A stretch of 64,000 nucleotides of DNA, from positions 22,985 to 86,984 of the IMG/VR virus record IMGVR_UViG_2675903202_000003; one strand, 5' to 3'. The position numbers were made by a program, and so were the translations under genes. This DNA comes from an uncultured virus (IMG/VR IMGVR_UViG_2675903202_000003). Taxonomy: Duplodnaviria; Heunggongvirae; Uroviricota; Caudoviricetes. Of the stretch, positions 45,813-54,645 are shown piece by piece (the first letter of the stretch is position 1; each line of letters opens with the position of its first letter). The notes beneath the pieces are model-generated. The model had not been told where the DNA came from. It did not search any database and worked only from the letters and a program-made list of their open reading frames with translations.

Positions 45813-46180
45813 GGGGTGTCTCCTTCGAGGCGGTCGGCGAGGTGCCGGTACGCGGCAATCGCGATGGTGCGGGGGTCGTCGATGACGGCGGGGGCGCTGC
45901 TCGCCTGGTGGCAGGTGTCCCAGATGGCAGCGGCGAGCGGGTCGTCGTTCTCACCGCCGCTGTCGGTGATGGCCTGCGCCGCGTCCCGGAACTCGGTGGC
46001 GAGGCGAGCGCGGACCCGCTTCTCGACCACGGCCTCGATCGCGAGAATCTCGGGTTCCATGACCCACTTCACTGCCTCCCGGAGACCGTGGTCGATCAGC
46101 GGGGTGAGCATCGCGGCGGCGAGCCGGTCATGCCGTGCGGGCACATCGGCCGAGGCCGGATGGGGCGTGGGCTCGGTCAT
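45809..46180 (-). CDS. Hypothetical protein
   Basis: Coupled overlaps; DDPRTIA. Confidence 0.6.
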   Translation of the reverse strand: MTEPTPHPASADVPARHDRLAAAMLTPLIDHGLREAVKWVMEPEILAIEAVVEKRVRARLATEFRDAAQAITDSGGENDDPLAAAIWDTCHQASSAPAVIDDPRTIAIAAYRHLADRLEGDTP

Positions 46181-46716
46181 TCGCTCTCCTCTGGTGGGCT
46201 GCAGAACATCGCGTCGCCACGGCGGATGGCGTCCGCGATCTCGCCAGGTGTGGGGGTGGGGGCGATGTGCCGGGCGGCGGCTTCCATCCCGCGCCGGAAC
46301 GACGCACGCGGCCCGGTCGGGACGTCGGCGTAGGCGGCGGCACGGTCGTGGATCTCGCGGGCGGCCTGCTCACGCACCATGCGCTCGTGGGCGGCCAGCA
46401 CGGCGACAACGACGGGCCGCAGCTCCTCGCGGTGGGATGCCATCGACGGGTGCGCCGCGAAGTCGCAGTACTCCTCGATCTGCTCGGCGCTGGCTCCGGG
46501 TGACCACCGGGCGAGTTCGGCACGCCACGCCACGTCGAGCAGTTCGTCCGGCACGTCCTGCGGCCGGGGCGCGGGCGGCTCGGGCATGGGTGCCTCCGTT
46601 GGGTCGGGATCGCACTGTCGTGGGCACGCGCAGGCGTGCCAGACCCACGACGAGCATTCGGTGCCGTCGGCCAGGCGCGGCGTTGCGCGGGCCGGCGCGG
46701 GCGCGGGCGCGGTCAC
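46177..46716 (-). CDS. Hypothetical protein
   Basis: Coupled overlaps; HERMVREQ module. Confidence 0.6.
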   Translation of the reverse strand: MTAPAPAPARATPRLADGTECSSWVWHACACPRQCDPDPTEAPMPEPPAPRPQDVPDELLDVAWRAELARWSPGASAEQIEEYCDFAAHPSMASHREELRPVVVAVLAAHERMVREQAAREIHDRAAAYADVPTGPRASFRRGMEAAARHIAPTPTPGEIADAIRRGDAMFCSPPEESE

Positions 46717-47186
46717 TGAGCCTCCCCGCGCGAGGTGTCGGCACAGAGGACGCAGGTGTGCGCCACGCCGGGCTGCCAGTTCTCATGGTGGCCGCGCCCA
46801 AGGTCATGCGGGTGGGTGCAGCATGCGCAGTGGTCCGAGCGCTCCGGTCGCTGTCCGGCCCGGTGGTACTCCGTCTGCCAGCGGATCTCACCGCAGGTAT
46901 CGCAGCGGCCGTACAGGGGTTCGCTGGCGGGGTAGACGGTGATGCCGTCGGGTTCGCTGCGCCGCTCGACGGCGACCACCACTTCATGCCCGCATGCCTC
47001 CGCGATCCGCTCAGCCCAATCGAGGGTGAGGCGGGCCCGGCCAGTGAGCATGGCGCACAGGTGCTTGGTGGTGATCCCGAGGTCGTCGGCGATGGTGACC
47101 TGGTGTCGCCCTGCGGCGGGGATCGCGGCGCGCAGCGCACTACGTAGCAGGTCCTCGGACCGACTGCCGGGCGTGGGCTCAGGCAC
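46713..47186 (-). CDS. XRE-like HTH plus Cys/His-rich domain
   Basis: Q..IADDLGITTKHL..ML.G...LTLDWAERIA..CG. Confidence 0.7.
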   Translation of the reverse strand: MPEPTPGSRSEDLLRSALRAAIPAAGRHQVTIADDLGITTKHLCAMLTGRARLTLDWAERIAEACGHEVVVAVERRSEPDGITVYPASEPLYGRCDTCGEIRWQTEYHRAGQRPERSDHCACCTHPHDLGRGHHENWQPGVAHTCVLCADTSRGEAQ

Positions 47187-47353
47187 GGGGCTCCTCCTCG
47201 GCCTCGCGGGGCATCACGTGCGCGTCGAGGCGGCCGGCGCGGACGCCTGCCGCTCGAGGTCCGTCAGGGGACGCACGGGGCTATCGGCGTGGCCGCAGGT
47301 GCAGTCGGGGGTGGTGCAGGCGAGGTGGTCCCTCTCACGGCACTTCGGGCAGA

Positions 47354-47815
47354 TCACCAGCGCTCCTTCGTTGTCAGCCAGGTGGTGAGGGTGTCGCGGA
47401 GCCGCTCGACCTGGGCGCGGTCGAGGACGAGTTGGGCGAGGCCCGGGGTGGTGTCCCCGTAGGTGGCGGGGTCCTCTTCGGCGGTGAGGCGGAGGTACTC
47501 CACGGGCGGGCCGTCGAGGGTGGGGGTGCCGCGGACCGAGGGGTGACAGTGGTTCGGGATCGCCGCGATGCCGAGAGACCCGCCGCGGCGGTCCTTCTCG
47601 GAAGGGTTGACGTGGGAGCCCTGGTAAATCAGCGGCGGCTGGTTCCCGCAGTCGCAGGGCTCGTCCGTGCGCCGGAAGTAGACGGGCTCGCCGAAACCGA
47701 CGGCCATGGCGGCGCCCTCTGCCCAGCCTTGGCCGGGCGGCATCTCCTCATAGACGGCGCAGCGTTCACTGTGGCCGTCGTCGTCGATGGCCAGCCATGT
47801 TGCGTAGATCGACAT
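47354..47815 (-). CDS. Hypothetical protein
   Basis: AAGGAGG RBS; MSIYAT, P..YQGSHV.P...D.RGG, YLRL, VL...QV..L...LT.WL. Confidence 0.75.
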   Translation of the reverse strand: MSIYATWLAIDDDGHSERCAVYEEMPPGQGWAEGAAMAVGFGEPVYFRRTDEPCDCGNQPPLIYQGSHVNPSEKDRRGGSLGIAAIPNHCHPSVRGTPTLDGPPVEYLRLTAEEDPATYGDTTPGLAQLVLDRAQVERLRDTLTTWLTTKERW

Positions 47816-47816
47816 G

Positions 47817-48571
47817 TCAGGCTGCCTCCTTTGCAGGCTTGGGCTCGTTCCGCCGTCTGGAGTACCGGTCTCGTTCGCAGGCGCGGCAGACTCGGCTTCT
47901 GGCGAGCTTGCCGCGCACGATGCGCTGCTGCGTGCGGGTGTTTTCCGGGGTCCACTCGTGTCCGCTCGAGCAGTGCGTAGCGCGGTCGCGCCCGTACGCG
48001 CGACACGACGGTCGGCCCGATTGGTGCGTCGGGGGGTCTCCCCTTGGAACCAGTTCGCCAAGACCTGTTTCCGGGCGACGGTGATGCGTGCCTTGAACGC
48101 GACGTAGGAAATTCCAAGTGCTTCGGCCGCAGCCTGGTAGGTGTCGTGGACGGCCAGCGCCACGAGCGCGTCACGGTAGATGGGTGAGAGCGTGTCGACG
48201 ACTTGGCGTGCGGCCAGGGTCTCCACGACCTTCGCCTCGGGCGAAGGGACGATCTTGTGGTCTTCCCAGAACTGCAGAAATCGCGGTCGTAGCGTGTCGT
48301 CGCCCGGGAGTCCGTCATCGGGGTAGCCGGCGTGCCGGAGACTCCAGCGGACGTCGAGGGCGATCGCCTGCCAGCCGACGCGGATCAGGTGGCCGCGGTC
48401 GGGTGGTTCCTCGCTGGCGTAAAGGCATTCGACGATGGCGGAATAGGCGATGCCGTGCCGGTATTCGATGTCGCCGACGAGGAGACGGTCGGCGACCACC
48501 GCGGCGCGGGTCATTTTCTCCAGGTCGGTCAGCGTGTAGCCGTGCCTTACCTCGCCGGTGGGCGGCGCCAT
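47817..48571 (-). CDS. Sigma-70 region 4-like HTH protein with C-terminal Zn finger (1-nt frameshift near 47998)
   Basis: LSP.YRDAL....Y..AAEALGISY..F..RI..ARK; the corrected frame gives HCSSGHEWTPENT...RVCRACER. Confidence 0.7.
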
Positions 48572-49180
48572 TCAGACCACCTCCCCGAACAGGTCGAGCT
48601 GCCCGTCGTCCCGCGCGTCGTCGGGGTGGTGCTGGAGGGCTTCGCGTTCGACCCGGTTTCGTTTCCGAAGTTCTGCGGTGTACTTGGCGTCGTCGCCCTC
48701 GATCGGCTGGAACGCCCCGTCGGGAATCCCTGCCGCCATGAGCGCGGGTGTGGCGCCGATGAGGGCGTTGCCGTGCTTGATGCGGTGGCCGAGGAACGGG
48801 TTCGGCTTCCCGTCCATCGCGGCCTCGGCTGCCAGGGCGAGGCGGGTGATGTCGACGGCGGCCGGGTTCAAGTCCACGCCGTACATCTGGTCGGCGGCGA
48901 CGTCGCGGCGGGCCTGCTCCACCACGGACCGGGCCGGGTCTCCCCCGTCGGCACGGTTGGCGGCGAGGTGGTCGGCGACGCGGCGGGCGGCGCGGATCAG
49001 GAACACTCCGGCGCCGCACGAAGGGTCGCAGATCGTCAGTTCCCGGAGCGCCTCCTCCGGGTCGGGGGCCTGCTCCGCTGTGTCGATGAGCGGGTCGAGG
49101 GTGCTGTCGAGGAGGCAGTCGACGAGCGACAGGGGCGTGTAGTACGACCCGGACGTTTTCCGCTGCTCCTTGCCGCTCAC
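48572..49180 (-). CDS. Truncated type IIG/Eco57I-like N6-methyltransferase (SAM-binding part only)
   Basis: RKTSGSYYTP, ICDPSCGAGVFL (motif I), YGVDLNP.AV.I.RL.L, HRIKHGNALIG; no NPPY-type motif IV before the stop. Confidence 0.8.
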   Translation of the reverse strand: MSGKEQRKTSGSYYTPLSLVDCLLDSTLDPLIDTAEQAPDPEEALRELTICDPSCGAGVFLIRAARRVADHLAANRADGGDPARSVVEQARRDVAADQMYGVDLNPAAVDITRLALAAEAAMDGKPNPFLGHRIKHGNALIGATPALMAAGIPDGAFQPIEGDDAKYTAELRKRNRVEREALQHHPDDARDDGQLDLFGEVV

Positions 49181-49572
49181 ACCTGCCTCCCGCTGGTCAC
49201 GGTGATCTGGATCGCGGACCGGCACAGGCGGTGCAGGACGCACCAGTGGTGCCCGAGGAATGTGATCCCGCCGGGCTGCAGCGCCAGGATCGCGACGATC
49301 CGGAGGAGCGCCGCGAACGCCTGTTTCCCGTTCTCTTCACCGGCGTAGAGGAGGACGTCGGCGCCTTGCGCGAGCTCCCACACGGCTTCGTCGAGGAGGG
49401 TTTTGCGTTCGGGGAACGGGAGGTGCAGCATCTGCTCGACCTCACCGTCGACCTCGTTCTGGAGTCGTTCGGCGAGTTGCTCAACGCGGGCGCGGCTCGG
49501 GGCGTCTTCCGACGAGTACAGGTCCTGCCACGCTTGCCGGTCACCGAGGACTGTCATGAGTCCGGCGGTCAC
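49177..49572 (-). CDS. Hypothetical protein
   Basis: ADVLLY, A.LALQPGGITFLG.HW. Confidence 0.7.
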   Translation of the reverse strand: MTAGLMTVLGDRQAWQDLYSSEDAPSRARVEQLAERLQNEVDGEVEQMLHLPFPERKTLLDEAVWELAQGADVLLYAGEENGKQAFAALLRIVAILALQPGGITFLGHHWCVLHRLCRSAIQITVTSGRQV

Positions 49573-49991
49573 AGGAGTTCTCCGACGGTGGGGACGGTGA
49601 CGGACTTACGCCACGGCTGCGGGTTGTCCGCGGGGGCGTAGCCGACACGGCCCGGCAGCCCGTTCGCGTGCGCGAGGAGGACCGCGCCGTGGCACACGTC
49701 CGGCTCCCCCTCGGCCGGGAGCGGGCACCAGCACAGGAGGTCCCGGCCGGCGAGGTTCGCGCGGATCTCGGCGTCGGACGGGTAGTCGATGAGGTACCAG
49801 GACGCGCGGGGGCCTTGACGGTCCCGGAGGTACTGCGCGAACCGGCGGACGACTTCCTCGCGGCTGAGGGCGTCGGGGCCTTCACCGATCCGCCACGGGT
49901 TGCCCCAGCGGGACGGGCGCGTCACGATCACCGCACCGGGCGGCTTACGCCAACCCTTGGTGCGCTTCCTCTGGAGTCGGCGGGGGCTCAC
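49569..49991 (-). CDS. DUF4326 protein
   Basis: R.QRKRTKGWRKP.GAV.V.RPSRWGNP, L.GRDL.CWCP...CH..VL. Confidence 0.88.
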   Translation of the reverse strand: MSPRRLQRKRTKGWRKPPGAVIVTRPSRWGNPWRIGEGPDALSREEVVRRFAQYLRDRQGPRASWYLIDYPSDAEIRANLAGRDLLCWCPLPAEGEPDVCHGAVLLAHANGLPGRVGYAPADNPQPWRKSVTVPTVGELL

Positions 49992-50554
49992 TGCTCGACA
50001 TCCTTTTCGAGGACGTCAGCAACGGTGTAGCCGTTCACCCGCATGCGCGGCGCGTGCACCTTGGCGAACCGCAGGGCCGTTTCAAGGTCGAAGCGGTGCA
50101 TCGCCTTCCACTCGTCGGAGCGGTTCGACGGCGACGGCTCGTAGCTCCACTGGCCGCTCCGGCTGAGGCACTGCTGGAACCTGCAGACGGCCCACAGGCC
50201 GCCGCCGCGCCACTCCACCGTGATGGTGAAGTGCGGGGCGTTGATGTTGTCAGGCGGGAGGCATGAAACCTCGTAGCGGGTGACGCGGACGGTCGGCTCG
50301 CTCAATGTGTCTCCTTGAGGGCGTCGGAGCTTATGGGCGGCTGGTGCGCCCGTCGCGCGTGCTCTGTGGTTAGAAGTCGTGTGACCTCGCCGTGTCACGC
50401 ACATGGCACCAGCAGGTGCCCCGCAGAGTTCGCACGGCGATCTACGCATGTCAGCCCACCACTGAAAGGCCCTCGTCGAGGGATGGTGTTCGTCGGGGAA
50501 GTGCCAACCGGACCATGTCGGCGGGAACCACGAACGGACGTGAGGTGCGCTCAC
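49988..50554 (-). CDS. Hypothetical protein (N-terminal Zn finger; possible internal start at about 50304)
   Basis: C..C.A..G..C; VTRYEVSCLP, VEWRG...WAV, W.YEP.PS.R. Confidence 0.65.
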   Translation of the reverse strand: MSAPHVRSWFPPTWSGWHFPDEHHPSTRAFQWWADMRRSPCELCGAPAGAMCVTRRGHTTSNHRARATGAPAAHKLRRPQGDTLSEPTVRVTRYEVSCLPPDNINAPHFTITVEWRGGGLWAVCRFQQCLSRSGQWSYEPSPSNRSDEWKAMHRFDLETALRFAKVHAPRMRVNGYTVADVLEKDVEQ

Positions 50555-50868
50555 CGGCCCTCTCCCTCAAGGGGATCGGAGATGAGCCGGTAGCCGGTCC
50601 GACGCCGCTCGCCGTGCTTCGTGGTCCCGGACGCGTGCAGTTCGCTGACCGCGAGACGACGCGGGCGGACCTCGCGTCCCTCGGGCGTGATCGTGGCCAC
50701 CTGGACCTTGCCGAAGCCGTACAGGCCCGGAGTGCCGATCGGCTTGCTGAGGACGCGGATCCAGGTGTAGGTCTCCATGCCGTCCACGACGAACGTCGGC
50801 TGGCACGGCTCGTAGACCTGCCCGACGCGGATGATGTGCGGGCTGTTGGGCGTGGTCGGCTCGGTCAT
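50551..50868 (-). CDS. Hypothetical protein
   Basis: IRVGQVYE.C, LH....T..G..RRTGYRL. Confidence 0.7.
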   Translation of the reverse strand: MTEPTTPNSPHIIRVGQVYEPCQPTFVVDGMETYTWIRVLSKPIGTPGLYGFGKVQVATITPEGREVRPRRLAVSELHASGTTKHGERRRTGYRLISDPLEGEGR

Positions 50869-51163
50869 CGGGTCTCTCCTCGGGCGACGCGGGCGGCGGC
50901 GCGGAGCGTGGACACGTGCGCAGCGGTGGCGGGGTGAGGGGCGCTGTTCTCCTCGACCGCGTCAGCGTCCGCCTCCAACTCGGCGCGACCTGCTCGCGCA
51001 CCATCCGCTCGTGGAGCGGCAGCACCGCACGCAGCGCCCGCTCCATCGCGGCGTGGTCGCCACCGTCGACCTCGATCAGGTCGTACAGGTCCTTGAGCGT
51101 CTTCCCGGTCGATGCAGACAGCGCTGCAAGCAGCAGTTCGTCGGGCAGGTTCTCGGAGGGCAT
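50865..51163 (-). CDS. Hypothetical protein (1-nt frameshift near 50986)
   Basis: AAGGAG RBS; the corrected frame ends in an ATGA overlap with the next gene. Confidence 0.6.
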
Positions 51164-51183
51164 GCGTTGTCTCCTTCGATGCC

Positions 51184-52865
51184 TCAGGCGGCGGTGGCGT
51201 AGTCGGGGCCGCGGTCCTGGCGGGTGTGGATGACGGCTCGCAGTCGGGCCCCGATCCACGCGCCGACCTGCGGGGACACGGCGTTGCCGAAACCGTCGAC
51301 CTGGTTGCGGGCAGAGCCCCAAACGACGAACGTGCCGCTGTAGCCGGGGAAGTCGACGTCGAAGCCGCAACCGCGGCCGATCTCGTGCTTGGCCATCATG
51401 CGGAAGTAGCAGTCCTCCAGCGGAAGGTCCTCGAGTCGGGCACTCCACTGGGCCATGAGCTGCGCTTCATAGGTGCTGTGGTCGACCGTCCCGGCTGCGG
51501 TCAAGAGCCCCGGGACCTGATCCGAGGTGAACGTCGGCATCGCTTCGTTGTGCACCGCAGGGAGGGTGTGTTTGCGATACGGGATGACCCCGGCGGACAC
51601 CACGGCGAGCGTCTCCGACCCCACCTGAGTGGGCAGCGGAGTCCCGACACCGCGCGGGCCTCCCTGATAGTTGTCCACCGCCAGCAAGAGCGCCTTCTCG
51701 TGGGTGCTCGTCGCCGTGTCCATCGGCAGGGCGATGTTCTTCCCGTCCCCGTTGTGGCGGTGCGCAGCGAACACCGCGCTGTCGACAGGAGCGTGGTTTC
51801 CTGCTGGCTGGTCTGTGTCGCGAGCGGCTGCCACAGGTGCCGTTCCGATCCGTGCACGGCCTTCGCCGGCATCAGCACTGCGGGGAACTCGGCGAACCGC
51901 CGACGGCACCGCTCCGCCCGCGCCATCGTCCCTGGCTTGAGCGGCTTCTCCCGGTCGCCGATGCGCGTCCCGAGGTCGGTGAGGTCGAGCGCGGCCAGCG
52001 ACGGCGTCATCGGCGGAACGACGGGGCGACGGCAGGACGGGCATCGGTATTCGTACTGCTTGCCGTACCGCACCGATCCGGTCGGCGGGATCCCGGTGCG
52101 CCAGGTCCACACCGCCTCGACCTCCTTGTCGCAGCGGGTGCACCGCGACGTCGGCCTGTGGTCAAGGTCGGGGGTGGGGAGGGACTTGTCCCAGAACGCG
52201 ATGTACAGCCGGTCTCTCGACTGGGGGACGCCGAAGAACATCGAGTTGAGGTACAGGACCTGGTGCTGGTAGTTGAGCAGATCGAACTGTTTGAGCCACC
52301 ACCGGTAGGTGGAACCGTCACCGACCTTGGGGCGGCCGGGGATCGACGGCCCCCACGAGGTGAGTTCGGTCGTGCACTCGATCAGGATCAGGCGGGGGTG
52401 GTGCTGAGCGGCGTAGTGCAGGACACAGGATGCGGTCGCCCGATCCCGCTCGGACCGGGTCACTCGCTCCTCGAAGTCGGGGTCATCGAGTTCGAACAGC
52501 GTCAGGCCCTGCTCGTATGCCTTGATCGTGTTGGCCTGCGAGTGATTGACGCATGAGATTCCGGCGACGAGGAGGTCGGCCGCGGGGAGATCTCGGGCGG
52601 AGTGATAGTCCGCCGCCTCCGGGTCGACCAGGTCGGCGATCCAGTGTTCGGCGTTGGGGTGGTTCGCCTCGTGGACTTCCACCTTGTAGGTGTTGTGGTT
52701 CGCGGCCATGATCGTGGTGAACCCGGCGATCTCGATACCGCGAGTCAAGCCACCGAACCCACTGAAGAGGTCCACGGCGATGAGGTCGTCGTGGCGGAAG
52801 CGGCGGCGCCTGATGGCCGGCCGGTGCGTGGCGGTGCGGTTCTTCTTCTGGCGCGTGGTGGCCAT
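51184..52865 (-). CDS. DNA cytosine-C5 methyltransferase (1-nt frameshift near 51779)
   Basis: DLFSGFGG (I), AGISC (IV variant), GVPQSRDRLY (VIII), FRM...HEI (IX), GNAVSP (X). Confidence 0.9.
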
Positions 52866-52970
52866 CAGGCGTTCTCTTCCTCGGGCATCGGGTCGAGCTG
52901 GGTGGGCCTGCGGTCAGTCTCGGTGAAGCGGATGGTCCAGGCGTCCACGAAGGCCCTCCCGGTCACGAGC

Positions 52971-53094
52971 ATTTTTGTTAGTACAAGAATACCCGTCGGG
53001 TACGACATCGAGCCAGCAGAACCAAGGTATTTTTGTGAGGACAGAAACGAGGTCGTGGCGAAGGAGGGCCCTATGATCCTGTCCGTACAGAAAC
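52971..53094. promoter_or_regulatory. Divergent promoters with three TGT-N4-ACA boxes
   Basis: TGTTAGTACA 52976, TGTGAGGACA 53034, TGTCCGTACA 53080; TATGAT -10 at 53072 (+); TATTCT -10 at 52991-52986 (-). Confidence 0.65.
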
Positions 53095-53114
53095 CTGCAG
53101 GCAGAGGAGACAAC

Positions 53115-53336
53115 GTGGGGCGCCCACGCACCGGCCAGACGCCCGTGCAGTACATCCGCATCCCGCAGGACGACTGGGACGACCTCCGTGCGGTCGCCGG
53201 CCGGAACGCGCACGGTCTGGTCCGGCAGTTCATCCGCTGGTACCTGCGGCGGCCGGGCGCGAAGCTGCCCGAACGCCCTGCTCGCGAGTCCATCGAAGAA
53301 CGCGTGGCTGCCAGGGAGCAGGAAGAGCGGAAGTAG
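53115..53336 (+). CDS. Ribbon-helix-helix-like small regulator
   Basis: GAGGAG RBS; GRPRTGQTP.QYIRIP.DDW......LVRQFIRWYLRRPGAKLP.RP. Confidence 0.8.
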   Translation: MGRPRTGQTPVQYIRIPQDDWDDLRAVAGRNAHGLVRQFIRWYLRRPGAKLPERPARESIEERVAAREQEERK

Positions 53337-53337
53337 T

Positions 53338-54003
53338 TCACGCCGCCTCCGTGCGGACGCCAGCGGGCTTCGCCTTGGGGTCGTCGATGCGGTCGTCGTC
53401 CCACGCCATCGGCGGTGCCCACCCGAACCGGCGTGCGGCGAGCCGGGCGCGGTCTGCGGCTTTCCCCTCGGGCCGCACCTTCCAGAGTTCGTCGTAGAGA
53501 GCGCGCACTTTACGGGCGACGCCAGCCGAGACCCGGCCAGTGCGACGGATCCGGCCGAGGTGGTCCGGGCGTACACCGAGCCGCGCCGCGAGGTCGGCTT
53601 GCGGGTGGCCGAGGCATCCGAGGGCTTGGAGACGGCGGACGGTGCCTGCCGAGTCGATGCTGGCAACGTCGCTGACGAGCTCGGGAGACGCATGAACGGC
53701 GAGGATCCGCAGGGCGGTGTCCTTGCGGATCTTCTTCGGCGGGGGCCCTCCCGAGTCGCCGTACAACAGCCGTTCCATCGTGTAGTAGGAAACGTCGGCT
53801 TCTTTGGCCGCGCGGCGAAATGGGACGCCCTGCGCCATCAGCACGCGGACGTGGGCGCGCACCGTGTCGGCAGGAATCCAGGGGTCCCAGCGACCGTAGG
53901 CGATCATGCGGTTGCGGTGGCGCTGCTCGTCTCGGTGCGCCGTTGTGCAGGGCGTGCAGCGGCAGCCGTCGTTGTAGCGGGCGTTCGTTCCATGGGCGGT
54001 CAT
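53338..54003 (-). CDS. Double-HTH DNA-binding phage protein
   Basis: HGT.ARY..GCRC..C, VR.HV..L, GT.RRLQAL...G, W.PP.AWDDD.IDDP. Confidence 0.8.
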   Translation of the reverse strand: MTAHGTNARYNDGCRCTPCTTAHRDEQRHRNRMIAYGRWDPWIPADTVRAHVRVLMAQGVPFRRAAKEADVSYYTMERLLYGDSGGPPPKKIRKDTALRILAVHASPELVSDVASIDSAGTVRRLQALGCLGHPQADLAARLGVRPDHLGRIRRTGRVSAGVARKVRALYDELWKVRPEGKAADRARLAARRFGWAPPMAWDDDRIDDPKAKPAGVRTEAA

Positions 54004-54242
54004 CAGGTGCCTGCCTTCACCGGTTCGTTCGTGGCCAGGTAGGTGTGGGCTGTCTGGATCGCGGCCCTCCGCTCCCCCGCCCGCAGTTCGGTGCTGGTCT
54101 CTTCGGCGTCCGCGGCCCGCTCGAGCAGTTCCGCCGCACGACGGTGCGTCGCGAGATCGGGGCAGCCGGGGCCGTGCGTGATCCGAATGAGCGTCGCGGT
54201 CGCGCGCAGCAGGTTCGGGAGGGATTCCTCGGCGAAGGTCAC
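54003..54242 (-). CDS. Hypothetical protein
   Basis: GGAGG RBS; coupled overlaps. Confidence 0.55.
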   Translation of the reverse strand: MTFAEESLPNLLRATATLIRITHGPGCPDLATHRRAAELLERAADAEETSTELRAGERRAAIQTAHTYLATNEPVKAGT

Positions 54243-54418
54243 CGGCGCCTCCCCACGTGGCCGACGTGGTAGCCGCCATCGCAGTGGCTGCAGCGATACA
54301 CGTTCAGGCGGGAGCGGCGGGCACCTTCCTGCACCATCCTTCGCAGCGCGGCCTCTGCCGACTTCTTGTCGGCGTGGCGGACCTTCCCGACGCACATGCG
54401 GTTCTTCGTGCGAGTCAC
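54239..54418 (-). CDS. Small Zn-finger protein
   Basis: C.GKVRH....A, VYRC.HC.G.YH.GH. Confidence 0.75.
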   Translation of the reverse strand: MTRTKNRMCVGKVRHADKKSAEAALRRMVQEGARRSRLNVYRCSHCDGGYHVGHVGRRR

Positions 54419-54645
54419 GACGTCCCCGCCTCGTAGATGTGCTCGTCGAGTTGCTCGTCGGTGGCGTTGTCGAAGGCGTCGCCCCAATCCACGAAGGTGC
54501 TGTTCGCGCGGGCTTCTGCGAACAGTTGCCAGCAGCGCAAGCACATCTCCGCGGGGACTCGCCCCCACTCCTTCTTCGCGGGGAACACGGGGCGGGGCTG
54601 CTTGCACCTGCCGCAGGTGCCGTTCTTCGGGTTCGGGGCGGTCAT
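54415..54645 (-). CDS. Small Cys-containing protein
   Basis: CGRCKQPRPVF...C.RC. Confidence 0.6.
   Translation of the reverse strand: MTAPNPKNGTCGRCKQPRPVFPAKKEWGRVPAEMCLRCWQLFAEARANSTFVDWGDAFDNATDEQLDEHIYEAGTS

Noticed and set aside
47354-48571. Single 405-aa fusion protein as given in the ORF track
   Set aside because: An internal AAGGAGG RBS with ATG at 47815 and an off-frame Zn-finger show two genes joined by a 1-nt error.
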